Virus record (IMG/VR): IMGVR_UViG_3300037840_000148
Coordinates: 1-64,000 of that record
DNA length: 64,000 nucleotides
Direction: 5' to 3' (one strand)
Source: a virus
Shown: positions 6,649 through 16,018 of the stretch, piece by piece
Layout of the letters: each line of letters opens with the position of its first letter
How positions within the stretch are numbered: position 1 is the stretch's first letter
Notes under the pieces: generated by a model
Databases searched by the model: none
Seen by the model: the letters and a program-made list of their open reading frames with translations, nothing else
Told to the model about the DNA's origin: nothing
Position numbers and translations under genes: made by a program

Positions 6649-8661
6649 ATGGCATTAACAGGCGAGGCCAAAAATAAGTACAATAAACAATATCGGGAAA
6701 ATTTAAAGAAGGCAGCAGAGTTTTTAGATTCATTAGTTGAGAAAGACAAGCAGGCAAACGGCGAGAGATATCTTTCCGAGGCTTTGTCTTATGAAGATTT
6801 GGGCAAGATCTATTATGGTCAGCCTTATAAAGACGTCGATGATGAAGACGAAGATCCACGAAGAAAGAAAAAGGTCGTTCTTCCGAATCCGTCTGCTACA
6901 GACATATTGGGAATGCCGAGGTCATTTGAAGAGTGGCTTCAGTTGCGCGACCAAGCTAGAAAAGATTTATTTTGGCTTGGTCGGGACGTATTTAGAAAAG
7001 ACTTTATTCCACACGTCCACCAGCCGGTTTGCGACCAGTTTGTTCAGAAAAAATTCGATGGCTGTTTTCCATCCGGATACACTATCGGTAATGTCCATGA
7101 AGCAATCGGTAAACAAGAGCGGTTCGACGCCGAAGGAAATCCCACTCGGGAAGCCATAATTTTAGACCCTCGTGGATTTTATAAATCTACGATTGATAGC
7201 GTCGATTGTGTCCAGTGGCTAATTAATGTTCCGGATATCAGAATTCTGATCATGGCGGCCGACCATAAAATCGGTTCTTCTTTGATGAAAGAGATCAAGG
7301 GATATTTGCATGTTCCGAAAGGCGGAGATTTTACTGATTTTCATCTTTTGTTTCCTGAATACGTAATTCGTGGAAAAGACGGAACTTCGTCAACACCTCT
7401 GACGTTGCCTTGCCGAGGGCATTTTCAAAGATTTCCATCATTGTGGTTTAACTCTATTGAGTCTGGATTGTCTGGTTGGCATTGTGATATCAAGAAAAGC
7501 GACGACGTCGTTAATGATGAAAATTGTATTGATACGGACGTTCGAGAAGCTCTTAATACTAAAATTGACGGCGCAGATAATCTTTTAGATGAGTGGGGTT
7601 TTTCTGACAATATCGGAACTCGGTATTACGGTGATCCTGTTCCTGATTGGTATGGGGATCGTTTAAAGAAAGCATCAGAGCCGGGAAACGGAGTTAAGTA
7701 TTTTTGTCGGGCGTGCTGGACAGTCAGACCGGAGTTTTCAGAAGTTCCTCTGAAAGAACTTACTGAAGATATGGTTATTCTTACTTTTCCAGAAAAAGCC
7801 ACATTTAAGTCTCTTCGAAAGAAACTTCTTCAGAATGAGACGCAATTCCGTTGTCAGCAATTAAACGAACCCGCGGGCGCAGACAAAGATAACCCGTTCA
7901 AGGTTCAGTTCGGCGAAGACATTCTCCGTAGGCATCTTTATCAGAAAGAAGCAGCGCCGCAAGAAGGTGATGTTTATATCTGTTGGGATTGGGCCTTGAC
8001 AGCCAACAAGCGGTCGGACTATTCCGCAGGAGTTGTTGGTCGAGTTTACAAGCGAGCAGATGGTCGACATGGTTTGGTTATTTTGGAAGTCGCGTGTGAT
8101 AAATGGACTTCGTCTGAACTTGCGCTGCAGATAATCAGCCTTAACAAGAAATGGAATCCAAAAAAGACGTTGATTGAAAATTCACCCGGGGCCGAATGGC
8201 TCAAGAGTGAACTTCACAGATTGGCTCCTGTATTCGGAGTCACGCTGGATGTCTTTTGGAAACCGCCTTCGCTTCAAGAAAATGCCAAGAGAAACCGAGT
8301 CAAGGGTCTAGAAACACTTTTGAAAGAAGACCTGCTCTGGTTTGTTATCGGGCATTGGATTGACCAGACGTTTAAACAATTACAAGATTACACCGGTGAA
8401 AAGAAAAATAAAGGCAGGAAAGACGACATCCCTGATGCCATGAGCTACTTTCATGTCGCCTTTTTTCCGTTGTCTTCCATGAACCAGAAAGACGCAGAAG
8501 AAGCCAAGGTTCTAATAAAGGAAGAAAAAGAAAAGGCTCAGCAGAAGGCTCAGTATGAGCGCATCTTTGGGAAGCCCCAGAACCAGTCGATATTTGTTCC
8601 ACCGGCAGAGGAACCTACTAGCGGGTGGCGTCCTCGTTGGCCCACGCGGTCACAACAATAA
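6649..8661 (+). CDS. terL: Terminase large subunit
   Basis: Walker A-like PRGFYKST, G.H.D...DD Walker B, IGTRY coupling motif, RNase H-like nuclease acids (CWDWA, SDYSA, KDDIPDA); precedes portal. Confidence 0.92.
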   Translation: MALTGEAKNKYNKQYRENLKKAAEFLDSLVEKDKQANGERYLSEALSYEDLGKIYYGQPYKDVDDEDEDPRRKKKVVLPNPSATDILGMPRSFEEWLQLRDQARKDLFWLGRDVFRKDFIPHVHQPVCDQFVQKKFDGCFPSGYTIGNVHEAIGKQERFDAEGNPTREAIILDPRGFYKSTIDSVDCVQWLINVPDIRILIMAADHKIGSSLMKEIKGYLHVPKGGDFTDFHLLFPEYVIRGKDGTSSTPLTLPCRGHFQRFPSLWFNSIESGLSGWHCDIKKSDDVVNDENCIDTDVREALNTKIDGADNLLDEWGFSDNIGTRYYGDPVPDWYGDRLKKASEPGNGVKYFCRACWTVRPEFSEVPLKELTEDMVILTFPEKATFKSLRKKLLQNETQFRCQQLNEPAGADKDNPFKVQFGEDILRRHLYQKEAAPQEGDVYICWDWALTANKRSDYSAGVVGRVYKRADGRHGLVILEVACDKWTSSELALQIISLNKKWNPKKTLIENSPGAEWLKSELHRLAPVFGVTLDVFWKPPSLQENAKRNRVKGLETLLKEDLLWFVIGHWIDQTFKQLQDYTGEKKNKGRKDDIPDAMSYFHVAFFPLSSMNQKDAEEAKVLIKEEKEKAQQKAQYERIFGKPQNQSIFVPPAEEPTSGWRPRWPTRSQQ

Positions 8662-8669
8662 GGAATTTA

Positions 8670-10790
8670 ATGTCTGAAGACCTTTCTGTAAAAGCAGCAG
8701 ATTTATACCTTCTACCTGCTGCGGAAATTACAGAAGATAATGTTCATTTAGATTCTGAAACAAATACAATGTCGTTTGAAAATGAAGCGGCGTTGAAATT
8801 AGTGATCGACGATACAGCCACGGCCGATAATTTTATAAATATCACGCAGTGGGCCAGCGGCTGGACTTTAGCCGACACACTTTATCAATCACCAGCCGCA
8901 GCATCCGCATTTGATGGCAGCAATGTGGCACAAGCGAATGTGCCTAAGTTTATTTTATCAAATCACATTTCTAGTATAGTTCCGAAATTGATGGGCGGCA
9001 TTTTTTATGAAGATCCTCCATTTCTTCTTCGTCCGCGACCAAACACGCCACAAGAGTTAACACGCGCTAAGACGGCTTTGTTTTCAGCGCAGTTGTGGGA
9101 TATGAAGTTTGAAGAAGAAGCCGAGCGGATGCTAGATCAGATGGCGTTGTTCGGAACGTGTATTGCAAAATGGGGATACTTAGAGTACACAGAGAAACAA
9201 AAACGATACAAGCGTAAAGCAGAAAAGACCGCAATCCCTAATCCATTAGGTGGACCGCCTCAGTTAATCGATACACCGGAGTCGGATGAAGTTGTTGTTG
9301 AATATTTTGATAGATTGATTTCTCGTCCTTGGATTAAGTATTGTGACATCCGAAAAGTACTCGTTGATCCGAATTGTCGGTACGGCGATATCCAACGCGC
9401 TAATTGGGTTGTATATCGAGATTACGCGACTTATTCCGATTTGGACGCGCTTCGTGGGGTAGAAGGCTACCAGATCCCAAGCGAAGAAATTTTGAAATAC
9501 ATTTTTCTGAACGGAATAACTTCCGGGATGGAAAATATTTCGTTAACTATTCCTGAAGGCATGCTTGGTTATTTGCAGCACGCCGTACCAGCCAACCAGA
9601 AAACGTCCGCGGACCCGTTCAAGGCCCCGATGGAAATTTTGGAGCGTTGGGATAAGGAACGAGTCATTGTTGTTTTGTCTTTTAACGGACATAACATCTT
9701 GATTCGTAATGAAGCAAATCCTTACGGCAAGATTCCTTTCTTCTCGGCAAATTGGCGTAACATCCCTGACTGTTTTTACGGCCAGGGGTTAGGAGTGCTA
9801 ATCGGAAGTGAGCAATTGGTCGAACAGGGGGTTACTAACCTTGCACTTGATCTTCTTGCTTATGGCCTGCAGCCTACGGCTGTTCGTAAGAGCGGTTTTA
9901 ATGCGCCTACGCAGAATACACGTTGGAAACAAGGCGGAATTATCGAAGTAGATGAAGACGTCGATAAGGCATTCAAGTTCCTCGAAATGCCACCAATTCC
10001 GCCAGGCGCGTGGGCAGCTATCCAGCAGGCCCAGACAAGCGCAACGGCGTCGTCCGGTGCCAACGAGCAGACCGTTCAGGGCGTTAGCAGCCAAGGTATT
10101 AAGTCAACCGGGATGCGGAGCGGAACCGGTGCGGCAGCCGTAGTTCAAGCTAATGCCAGCCGGTTAGATGGTCCGGACAGCAGATTCATTCGTCAGATAT
10201 TCATCCCTTGGTTGTACGTTATGGATGATCTCAACAACCAATTGTTGCCGACATCTGTTCTGCGAGACATTCTCGGCGAGAACCTCGGCAAAGATACCGC
10301 GGAATATAAAGTTGATCATATAGATTTTAGAGAAGCGAAGTTTGAATACGAAGTATTAGCCGGAAGTCATCTTGGAGCCAAGAAAGAAATGGCTCAAGCT
10401 CTTCCGATTATCATCCAGTTAATTAATAACCCGACGTTTACTCAGAACATCAACGATAGCGGAATGATTTGGGACGGTGTCGCTGTGTTCAAGGCGTTCA
10501 CGGATGCCGCCGGTTGGAAGTTCAGTCAGAACTTTTTGAAGCCGATGACGCAAGAACAGAAAACAAAACACGACGCTAACTCTCCTGCCGCTTTGCAACA
10601 GCAACAGATTCAAGCTCAGAAGCAGGCAGGGCTACAGAAGTTCCAGCAAGACCAGGTATTGGAAGATCAGAAGCAACTCGGGAAAGCTGGGGCGGAGGTT
10701 TTACGGCAAACTACGCAGCACGCACTAGATAGTGAAGAAGTAAATGGCGAGCCCGGCAACACAGGCTTTGGTAGTGAAACCAATCTCTAA
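8670..10790 (+). CDS. Portal protein
   Basis: About 706 aa after TerL; LFGTCIAKWG, IRNEANPYGKIPF...YGQG pattern of P22/N4-like portals; Gln-rich C-terminal helix. Confidence 0.85.
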   Translation: MSEDLSVKAADLYLLPAAEITEDNVHLDSETNTMSFENEAALKLVIDDTATADNFINITQWASGWTLADTLYQSPAAASAFDGSNVAQANVPKFILSNHISSIVPKLMGGIFYEDPPFLLRPRPNTPQELTRAKTALFSAQLWDMKFEEEAERMLDQMALFGTCIAKWGYLEYTEKQKRYKRKAEKTAIPNPLGGPPQLIDTPESDEVVVEYFDRLISRPWIKYCDIRKVLVDPNCRYGDIQRANWVVYRDYATYSDLDALRGVEGYQIPSEEILKYIFLNGITSGMENISLTIPEGMLGYLQHAVPANQKTSADPFKAPMEILERWDKERVIVVLSFNGHNILIRNEANPYGKIPFFSANWRNIPDCFYGQGLGVLIGSEQLVEQGVTNLALDLLAYGLQPTAVRKSGFNAPTQNTRWKQGGIIEVDEDVDKAFKFLEMPPIPPGAWAAIQQAQTSATASSGANEQTVQGVSSQGIKSTGMRSGTGAAAVVQANASRLDGPDSRFIRQIFIPWLYVMDDLNNQLLPTSVLRDILGENLGKDTAEYKVDHIDFREAKFEYEVLAGSHLGAKKEMAQALPIIIQLINNPTFTQNINDSGMIWDGVAVFKAFTDAAGWKFSQNFLKPMTQEQKTKHDANSPAALQQQQIQAQKQAGLQKFQQDQVLEDQKQLGKAGAEVLRQTTQHALDSEEVNGEPGNTGFGSETNL

Positions 10791-10802
10791 TAGGAATACA
10801 CA

Positions 10803-11132
10803 ATGGCAGAAAAATTAAAGCCTTTACTTATGAGAGAACTTACTCTCGGAGAAAAGGTAGCACTCCAGCAGTTAACCATGTCGCCAGGTTTTCCAGTCCT
10901 GATTAAGTTGATTGAGTCAGGCTGTCAATCCGCAACGGCCGACACGATTCGAGTCGATACTGAAGATGTTAACTATGAAACGATTCTTCAAGCTCGGCAC
11001 CATTATGCTAGGGCGGTTAACCGGTTCACTCAGTTAATTCGTGAGTCTATTAATTATCATGTCCAACGCTCTGTAGTGACAGAAGAAGTCCAAGTAGCTC
11101 AAGAAACACAAACCCCGGAAGTAATCCAGTAA
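10803..11132 (+). CDS. Small head-module protein between portal and scaffold
   Basis: 109 aa, AGGA RBS, syntenic position. Confidence 0.65.
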   Translation: MAEKLKPLLMRELTLGEKVALQQLTMSPGFPVLIKLIESGCQSATADTIRVDTEDVNYETILQARHHYARAVNRFTQLIRESINYHVQRSVVTEEVQVAQETQTPEVIQ

Positions 11133-11160
11133 TTAATAGTAATTCAATACGGAGAATCCA

Positions 11161-12459
11161 ATGAGTACAGAAACGCAACCTATTACTAGGGCGTTGTTGA
11201 AGTCGATGTCTGCAGATACGTTAGCAAAATTAGTTAATGACCCGGTCAAGAGAGCCGAAATCAACGCTTTCCTGATGACCCCGGAAGGCCGTGGAGCAGT
11301 CGCTGAAATAGTGACTCAGGAAGTCCCAGACGAACAGGAAGAAGTCATATTGCCTGTCCCGACACCGGAAGAAGAGGCGGCCGTCAAGGCAGCGAAAGAC
11401 GCCGAGATCGCGGAAGCCACGAGAGTTTTGCAGGAAGAAGCGGTTAAGAAAGCCGCCGAGGAAGAAGCCCAAGCGCTGGCTGAAGCCGGTATCACTATTC
11501 ATCGTGATGATTCCGGAAACATCATAAAGATTATTAAAGAGTATCAAGTAACCGACGATAACGGGACTCCTATCGCTCGTCCGACGCATCTTGAAGCACG
11601 CAGTTGGGCTGAAATGGCTAGAAAAGAAAAAGAGGCACATATCCAGATTACCCGGGGTTTTACTCGGCTGAAGAATCAGAAAACGACATTCAATAAGCCT
11701 TTGAAACCGGCTGGAATACCAGACGTCCCGCTGCTTTCTGAAGAAGAAAGAATCAAAGCGGCTATGGATTTGAATAGTGACGACGAAAATGTTGTTACCA
11801 AGGCTGACCGTAAGCTTCGTGCCGATCAGATTCTTCGTGATCAACGCCAGGAAGCTATCAATAAAGAATTACGTCGACAGGACGAAGTATCACAGGAATT
11901 CAAACGTCAGCATCGACACGATTTTAACCCATGCGAAGCTAACGCCCAACTTATCGCAGACTACCTGAAGGAACATTCGGACGCGGATGGCAATCCTTTA
12001 GCGTGGACTGTAGATAATCTTGAGCTAGCATTCGCAGCAACAGAACCCGATCTGGTACCAGTGAAAGGCGCTGTTGTAGAAGTTCCGACACCACGAGCGG
12101 ATAATCCACCCGAGGCGTCAACAGAAGAAGTGGTAGAACCAGTCCGGCAGGCAGCGGCGAATAATCCGCCAGCGCCAACCGTCCAGGCTCCGCCGCCAGT
12201 AGCACCAGCAGTAACCGTACCGGCAGCGCCTCTAGCGGCTAATACACTGCCAGCAGCGAGACCGGGAGTCAATGCAGGCATCATTCCGGGGCAGGCTTCA
12301 GGCCAACGTCCGGTCGCTCGTCCTGCAGGACTAACGATGAAAGAGATCTGGAAGTGGACTCCTGAACAAATGCGAAAAGAGCGGGCGAATCCCGCACGTA
12401 AAGCAGAAGTTGACCGCGTGATCGCGGCCTATAACAAGGAGCGTGCTTCTAGGGTCTAG
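11161..12459 (+). CDS. Capsid scaffolding protein
   Basis: Acidic coiled-coil, Pro/Ala linker, basic C-terminal helix; immediately before capsid gene. Confidence 0.7.
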   Translation: MSTETQPITRALLKSMSADTLAKLVNDPVKRAEINAFLMTPEGRGAVAEIVTQEVPDEQEEVILPVPTPEEEAAVKAAKDAEIAEATRVLQEEAVKKAAEEEAQALAEAGITIHRDDSGNIIKIIKEYQVTDDNGTPIARPTHLEARSWAEMARKEKEAHIQITRGFTRLKNQKTTFNKPLKPAGIPDVPLLSEEERIKAAMDLNSDDENVVTKADRKLRADQILRDQRQEAINKELRRQDEVSQEFKRQHRHDFNPCEANAQLIADYLKEHSDADGNPLAWTVDNLELAFAATEPDLVPVKGAVVEVPTPRADNPPEASTEEVVEPVRQAAANNPPAPTVQAPPPVAPAVTVPAAPLAANTLPAARPGVNAGIIPGQASGQRPVARPAGLTMKEIWKWTPEQMRKERANPARKAEVDRVIAAYNKERASRV

Positions 12460-12474
12460 ACATTTAGGTGACAT

Positions 12475-13286
12475 ATGAGTGGACCTACTCCCTCAGCAGC
12501 AAACGTATCTAACGTCTTGACGGCTCAGGCGATCTTGTTCGATAAAGAACTGATCCCGAACTTGAAAGGCGAAACGGATGCCTTTGTTGCATGCGCTGAA
12601 CGGCGCGTGCAGCCTTTGCATGCCGGTATCAACCGTACCTTCTTCCAGTACAACACACTGGCCGGGGATACGACTCAGAATGCCGACGGAACAGTCGGTA
12701 ATCCTGAATTTGTAACACAGATCAGCGCTCCGGCGCAGGTCGGTGAATGGAATAACTACACCAACTTCTCGTCATTCGCTATTGCGGCGTCTATTGATGA
12801 ATTGGTTGGAAATTCCGCTGTTGAGCTTGGTTACCAAGCCGGGCAGTCGATTTCCGAGTTGTATTCCGCAGTGGCTGATAGCGCATCTACTGTTGACAGC
12901 AACGTCAACCAGAGCGCATTGCTATCCAGCCCCTATACTCTTGACCTTGGAACAATCCGTGAACTGAAGCAGCAGCTAGTTTCAGAAGACGTTCTTCCTT
13001 GCAAAAAGGGTAAGTTCATGGGCGCGATCAGCCCGAACGTGTTGGGAGATATCTACAACGCAACGACAGTGAACAACTCTATCGTTGATTTGTGGAAGTA
13101 TGCCAACATGGAAAAGTTTGACAAGATGGGTGGTGCCGACCAGACGATGGAAATCGAATTGCCGGGTACCAACATCGTGTTCCGTCAGACACCTTTCGTG
13201 ACCAAGACCTCCAACTACCAAGGCGGCGGGAAGATCGCGTATAGGACTTACGTGTTTGGAAATTATGCGTTGATCGGGGTTTGGCT
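12475..13286 (+). CDS. Major capsid protein (N4-gp56-like), exon 1 of a 341-aa spliced product
   Basis: Position after scaffold; QPL..G....F..Y..L and I.P....D motifs of HK97-fold capsids; truncated at about 270 aa unless spliced. Confidence 0.85.
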
Positions 13287-13521
13287 AAACTAATCTGGCC
13301 CTTCGCGGCGTAATCCGCTGAAGATAACTGACTCTAATTGAACTGGAAAGCTGACTACTGAAAAGTAAAAGCTAACAGCGCGGAAGCGAACACTCGCACC
13401 GTTAACGAGCAAACGAGACAGCAACCTTCGGGTTGAAGTGGTGCTCTGAACATCATATGAAAATATGAGAAGTTAGCAGAAATGACTAACTCGTTATTTA
13501 AAATATAACGTAACAAATTTG
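13287..13521 (+). mobile_element. Group I self-splicing intron without internal ORF (235 nt)
   Basis: 5' exon GGCU pairs with IGS GGCC (U.G at splice site); TCT/AGA P10; P7 GAGCA/TGCTC; P8 CAACC-TTCG-GGTTG; P9 AGTTAG..CTAACT; ends in G; removal restores the reading frame. Confidence 0.88.
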
Positions 13522-13735
13522 AGAAGTCCCGGGCGACACAGATTTGGATGAAGGCGATTGGAGAACTATAGAGTGTCGGGTTGTAACCGATGCTCCTCCT
13601 TCTTCATTTGATCCTACAGCCACGATTGGCGGATGGGCGAGTTACAAATTTCACCAAACAGTAACACTCCCCCCGGCCACGGGCGTAAATTCCCAGAGGA
13701 TCAGATATGCTGATTCGGTACCTGCCATTCAGTAG
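13522..13735 (+). CDS. Major capsid protein, exon 2
   Basis: Spliced junction CT|A GAA GTC gives ..GVWL-EVPGDTDLDEGDW..; contains DP.....G..SYK capsid C-terminal motif. Confidence 0.85.
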
Positions 13736-13761
13736 GTATTAGTTAGTAATTAAAAAAGTTC

Positions 13762-13790
13762 TTGACACAGGATGCAAACTGTGCTAGAAT
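13762..13790 (+). promoter_or_regulatory. Sigma70-type promoter for the endonuclease gene
   Basis: TTGACA-17 nt-TAGAAT with extended -10 TG. Confidence 0.8.
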
Positions 13791-13801
13791 GTAATGAAGT
13801 G

Positions 13802-13849
13802 GGTTGGGGATATGCCTCGAACGTATTCCCAACCGACTCTTTCGAGGAG
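13802..13849 (+). promoter_or_regulatory. Predicted H-type pseudoknot covering the RBS
   Basis: 13-bp stem 13802-13814/13822-13834; 7-nt loop CCTCGAA is the exact complement of TTCGAGG (13841-13847), which overlaps SD GAGGAG. Confidence 0.65.
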
Positions 13850-13856
13850 AGTAAAA

Positions 13857-14645
13857 ATGAATAAAATAGTAAAAGGAATAATTTATCACGTCGTAGATAA
13901 GACAACGAAACAAGTTATAAAAGTCGGAAGTACGATTCGTACTTTAGATCAAAGGTTTAAGCAAGCAGACTATAAAAAGAATTACATAAATCATTTTTTA
14001 ATTGAAGCAAAAACTATTGAAAGTTCGGATTTAGATTGGTATGACCCTAAAGATTCTGATTGTCCTTTTTTGTGGCATTTAATTGCTTCTGAACACATAG
14101 AAATAGTGAAGATGGGAACCTATCGCTCCAGCCCATTGTCTAATTTCTTTTCGCCTATTGATCAAAAATATTTTAGTAAGTTTGGATTATCGGAACTGTC
14201 TTCTTTAGGTGGCAAGAAAGGCGGTCGTCGCAATGTTGAAAGTGGGCATCTTAAATCTATAAGTTCTAAGGGTGGATTAGCCAGTGGGTTTAGTAATGGG
14301 AGAAAGAACGGCTTAATTCTTGCTCGTGAAAAGCGTGGAGTATGCGCTCCGGGCACGGCTGTAAAAGGCGGTAAAGCTGGCGGTCCAAAGGCTGGCCGAA
14401 TTGCTGTAGAAAGCGGGCAGTTAGAAAGTCTTCGTACATTTGAACACCAATCACAGGCCGGTAAAGTAGCAAATCATAATCGCTGGCACGTAAAACGCAA
14501 CATAATAAATCCCAATTGTAAGCTTTGTAAGGACAATAATGCAAGACATGCGCAAACTAGTCTCGGGGACGGATCTCCGAGACCCGTGGAAACACAAACA
14601 CGACATCAAGACAACGCAAGAAACAATCAAGAAACTGCTTGCTGA
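13857..14645 (+). CDS. Free-standing GIY-YIG-like homing endonuclease
   Basis: GIIY-x11-KVGST, downstream R, E and N positions; KGG repeats; C-terminal H..WH...C..C; AT-rich relative to neighbours. Confidence 0.7.
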   Translation: MNKIVKGIIYHVVDKTTKQVIKVGSTIRTLDQRFKQADYKKNYINHFLIEAKTIESSDLDWYDPKDSDCPFLWHLIASEHIEIVKMGTYRSSPLSNFFSPIDQKYFSKFGLSELSSLGGKKGGRRNVESGHLKSISSKGGLASGFSNGRKNGLILAREKRGVCAPGTAVKGGKAGGPKAGRIAVESGQLESLRTFEHQSQAGKVANHNRWHVKRNIINPNCKLCKDNNARHAQTSLGDGSPRPVETQTRHQDNARNNQETAC

Positions 14646-15192
14646 CGGGACACCCAACTGGGTGAAGTGGCCGGAAGATTATAAGAATTACGTCAAGGAA
14701 TCCTTCCAGGCAGCAAAAGAAGAAAGCGACAGTCAAGTTTCCGATTACAAGATGGCGAATCAGGATATCCTGACTAACGCCGCGGCTCGGAAGGTTAACG
14801 CAATCAGTACTAGAGATTTTATCGAGAAACTCCGCCGTAACGGCGTGAAGTGTTTTACAGTCGATAACAATTGGCATAATACGGTAGCCTTATGGGCAGT
14901 AATCCCTGGGACAGACAGATGCGAGTACATTTGTTACCTCCAGGTTCCCGCAATGTATGAGTGGTCTATCCTTAGAGTCGACCGTCACGGCCTGCCAGCA
15001 GGCGAAGATTACAGGGGCTGGAGAACCGTTCTCGTTCAACTGATTACGAAAGGCGTCTTGACAGAAACGAAGGCCCATCAAATTTTCAAACGTCCAACGG
15101 ACAGCGAAGTCAGCATGATTTATCGCGAAAGTTTGTTCTTCATCAGAAACCACGCAGAGCTAGATTTTGGTCCTCAAGACTACGAATTCTAA
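14539..15192 (+). CDS. Hypothetical head-module protein
   Basis: 217-aa ORF with AAGGA RBS. Confidence 0.7.
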   Translation: MQDMRKLVSGTDLRDPWKHKHDIKTTQETIKKLLADGTPNWVKWPEDYKNYVKESFQAAKEESDSQVSDYKMANQDILTNAAARKVNAISTRDFIEKLRRNGVKCFTVDNNWHNTVALWAVIPGTDRCEYICYLQVPAMYEWSILRVDRHGLPAGEDYRGWRTVLVQLITKGVLTETKAHQIFKRPTDSEVSMIYRESLFFIRNHAELDFGPQDYEF

Positions 15193-15201
15193 AGAGATAT
15201 A

Positions 15202-15285
15202 ATGACGTTTCCAATCATATTGTTCACCGGCATCCTTGCCGTATTGATTTTCTTGGGTTCATACAACCCCAACAAGAAGTTGTAG
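15202..15285 (+). CDS. Possible 27-aa single-TM peptide
   Basis: MTFPIILFTGILAVLIFLGSYNPNKKL, AGAG RBS. Confidence 0.4.
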   Translation: MTFPIILFTGILAVLIFLGSYNPNKKL

Positions 15286-15401
15286 CCGGGTAAATTCCCG
15301 GTAAGCCTCCGGTCCCGTGAGCTAGCAATTACGGGCAACTCAGTCGTGCCGCGACACTAAAACGGCCAGCCGGGATTAATTTCTCGGGTTCTAGGAGAAG
15401 T

Positions 15402-15932
15402 ATGTCACACGATCAGAACGAAACAAAGTCACAAGTCCCGCCAGTCATTCCAGAAAAGCGAAACAGAAGTATGGAAGAAAAGTTAGACCTTCTTCTTACT
15501 TTGCTAGCTACTAAGGAAGCTCGGGTTGCTGAAGACGAAGAGAACAAGGAAATCGCCCGTAAGGCCCGTAACGCCCAACGTGAAAAGTCCAGCGCGGCTC
15601 ACGTTGAAAAGCAGCTTGTCAAGCAGGCTCGTTGCCGTCACTTAAAGGGAGGGAAGCTCGGCCCGTTAGGCGGCGTTCCTAATTACAACGTCACGATGCA
15701 TACCTTCATCAATAACCGCGTTGAAGGAAAATGCAACAACTGCAGTATGCGATGGGAACCGCAAGACACGAAGGAATTTCTGGTTCGGAAAGGCAGAAAG
15801 ATTCCGAATCACACAAAGCAAGGCTGGGAAGAATTCCGTGCGATGTTCACACAATCCACGAACACGTCCACCAGCAGTGAAGTTCCTCTTCAGGTTCAAC
15901 CACAAATTATTCCTGAAGGCGTAGAAGCCTAA
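15402..15932 (+). CDS. Coiled-coil protein with putative Zn site
   Basis: AGGAG RBS; CRH...CNNC. Confidence 0.7.
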   Translation: MSHDQNETKSQVPPVIPEKRNRSMEEKLDLLLTLLATKEARVAEDEENKEIARKARNAQREKSSAAHVEKQLVKQARCRHLKGGKLGPLGGVPNYNVTMHTFINNRVEGKCNNCSMRWEPQDTKEFLVRKGRKIPNHTKQGWEEFRAMFTQSTNTSTSSEVPLQVQPQIIPEGVEA

Positions 15933-15971
15933 ATAGATCCTTGACAGGGTCACACCGTTCCGGCGGATCAG

Positions 15972-16010
15972 ATTCGGTATCCGGATTTAATACCGAATTC
16001 TTTTAATTTT
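15972..16010 (+). terminator. Possible intrinsic terminator
   Basis: ATTCGGTAT/ATACCGAAT stem followed by TCTTTTAATTTT. Confidence 0.4.
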
Positions 16011-16018
16011 GGAGCATT

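Noticed and set aside
6649-8661. Intein or intron in the long terminase
   Set aside because: Continuous ORF with no Hint/His-Asn motifs; extra length is terminal extension
12475-13735. Capsid gene as pseudogene, frameshift or stop-codon recoding
   Set aside because: The gap has group I intron structure and restores the frame exactly; other genes read normally in code 11 and no suppressor tRNA is present
15941-15970. Promoter at TTGACA
   Set aside because: No plausible -10 element at 16-18 nt
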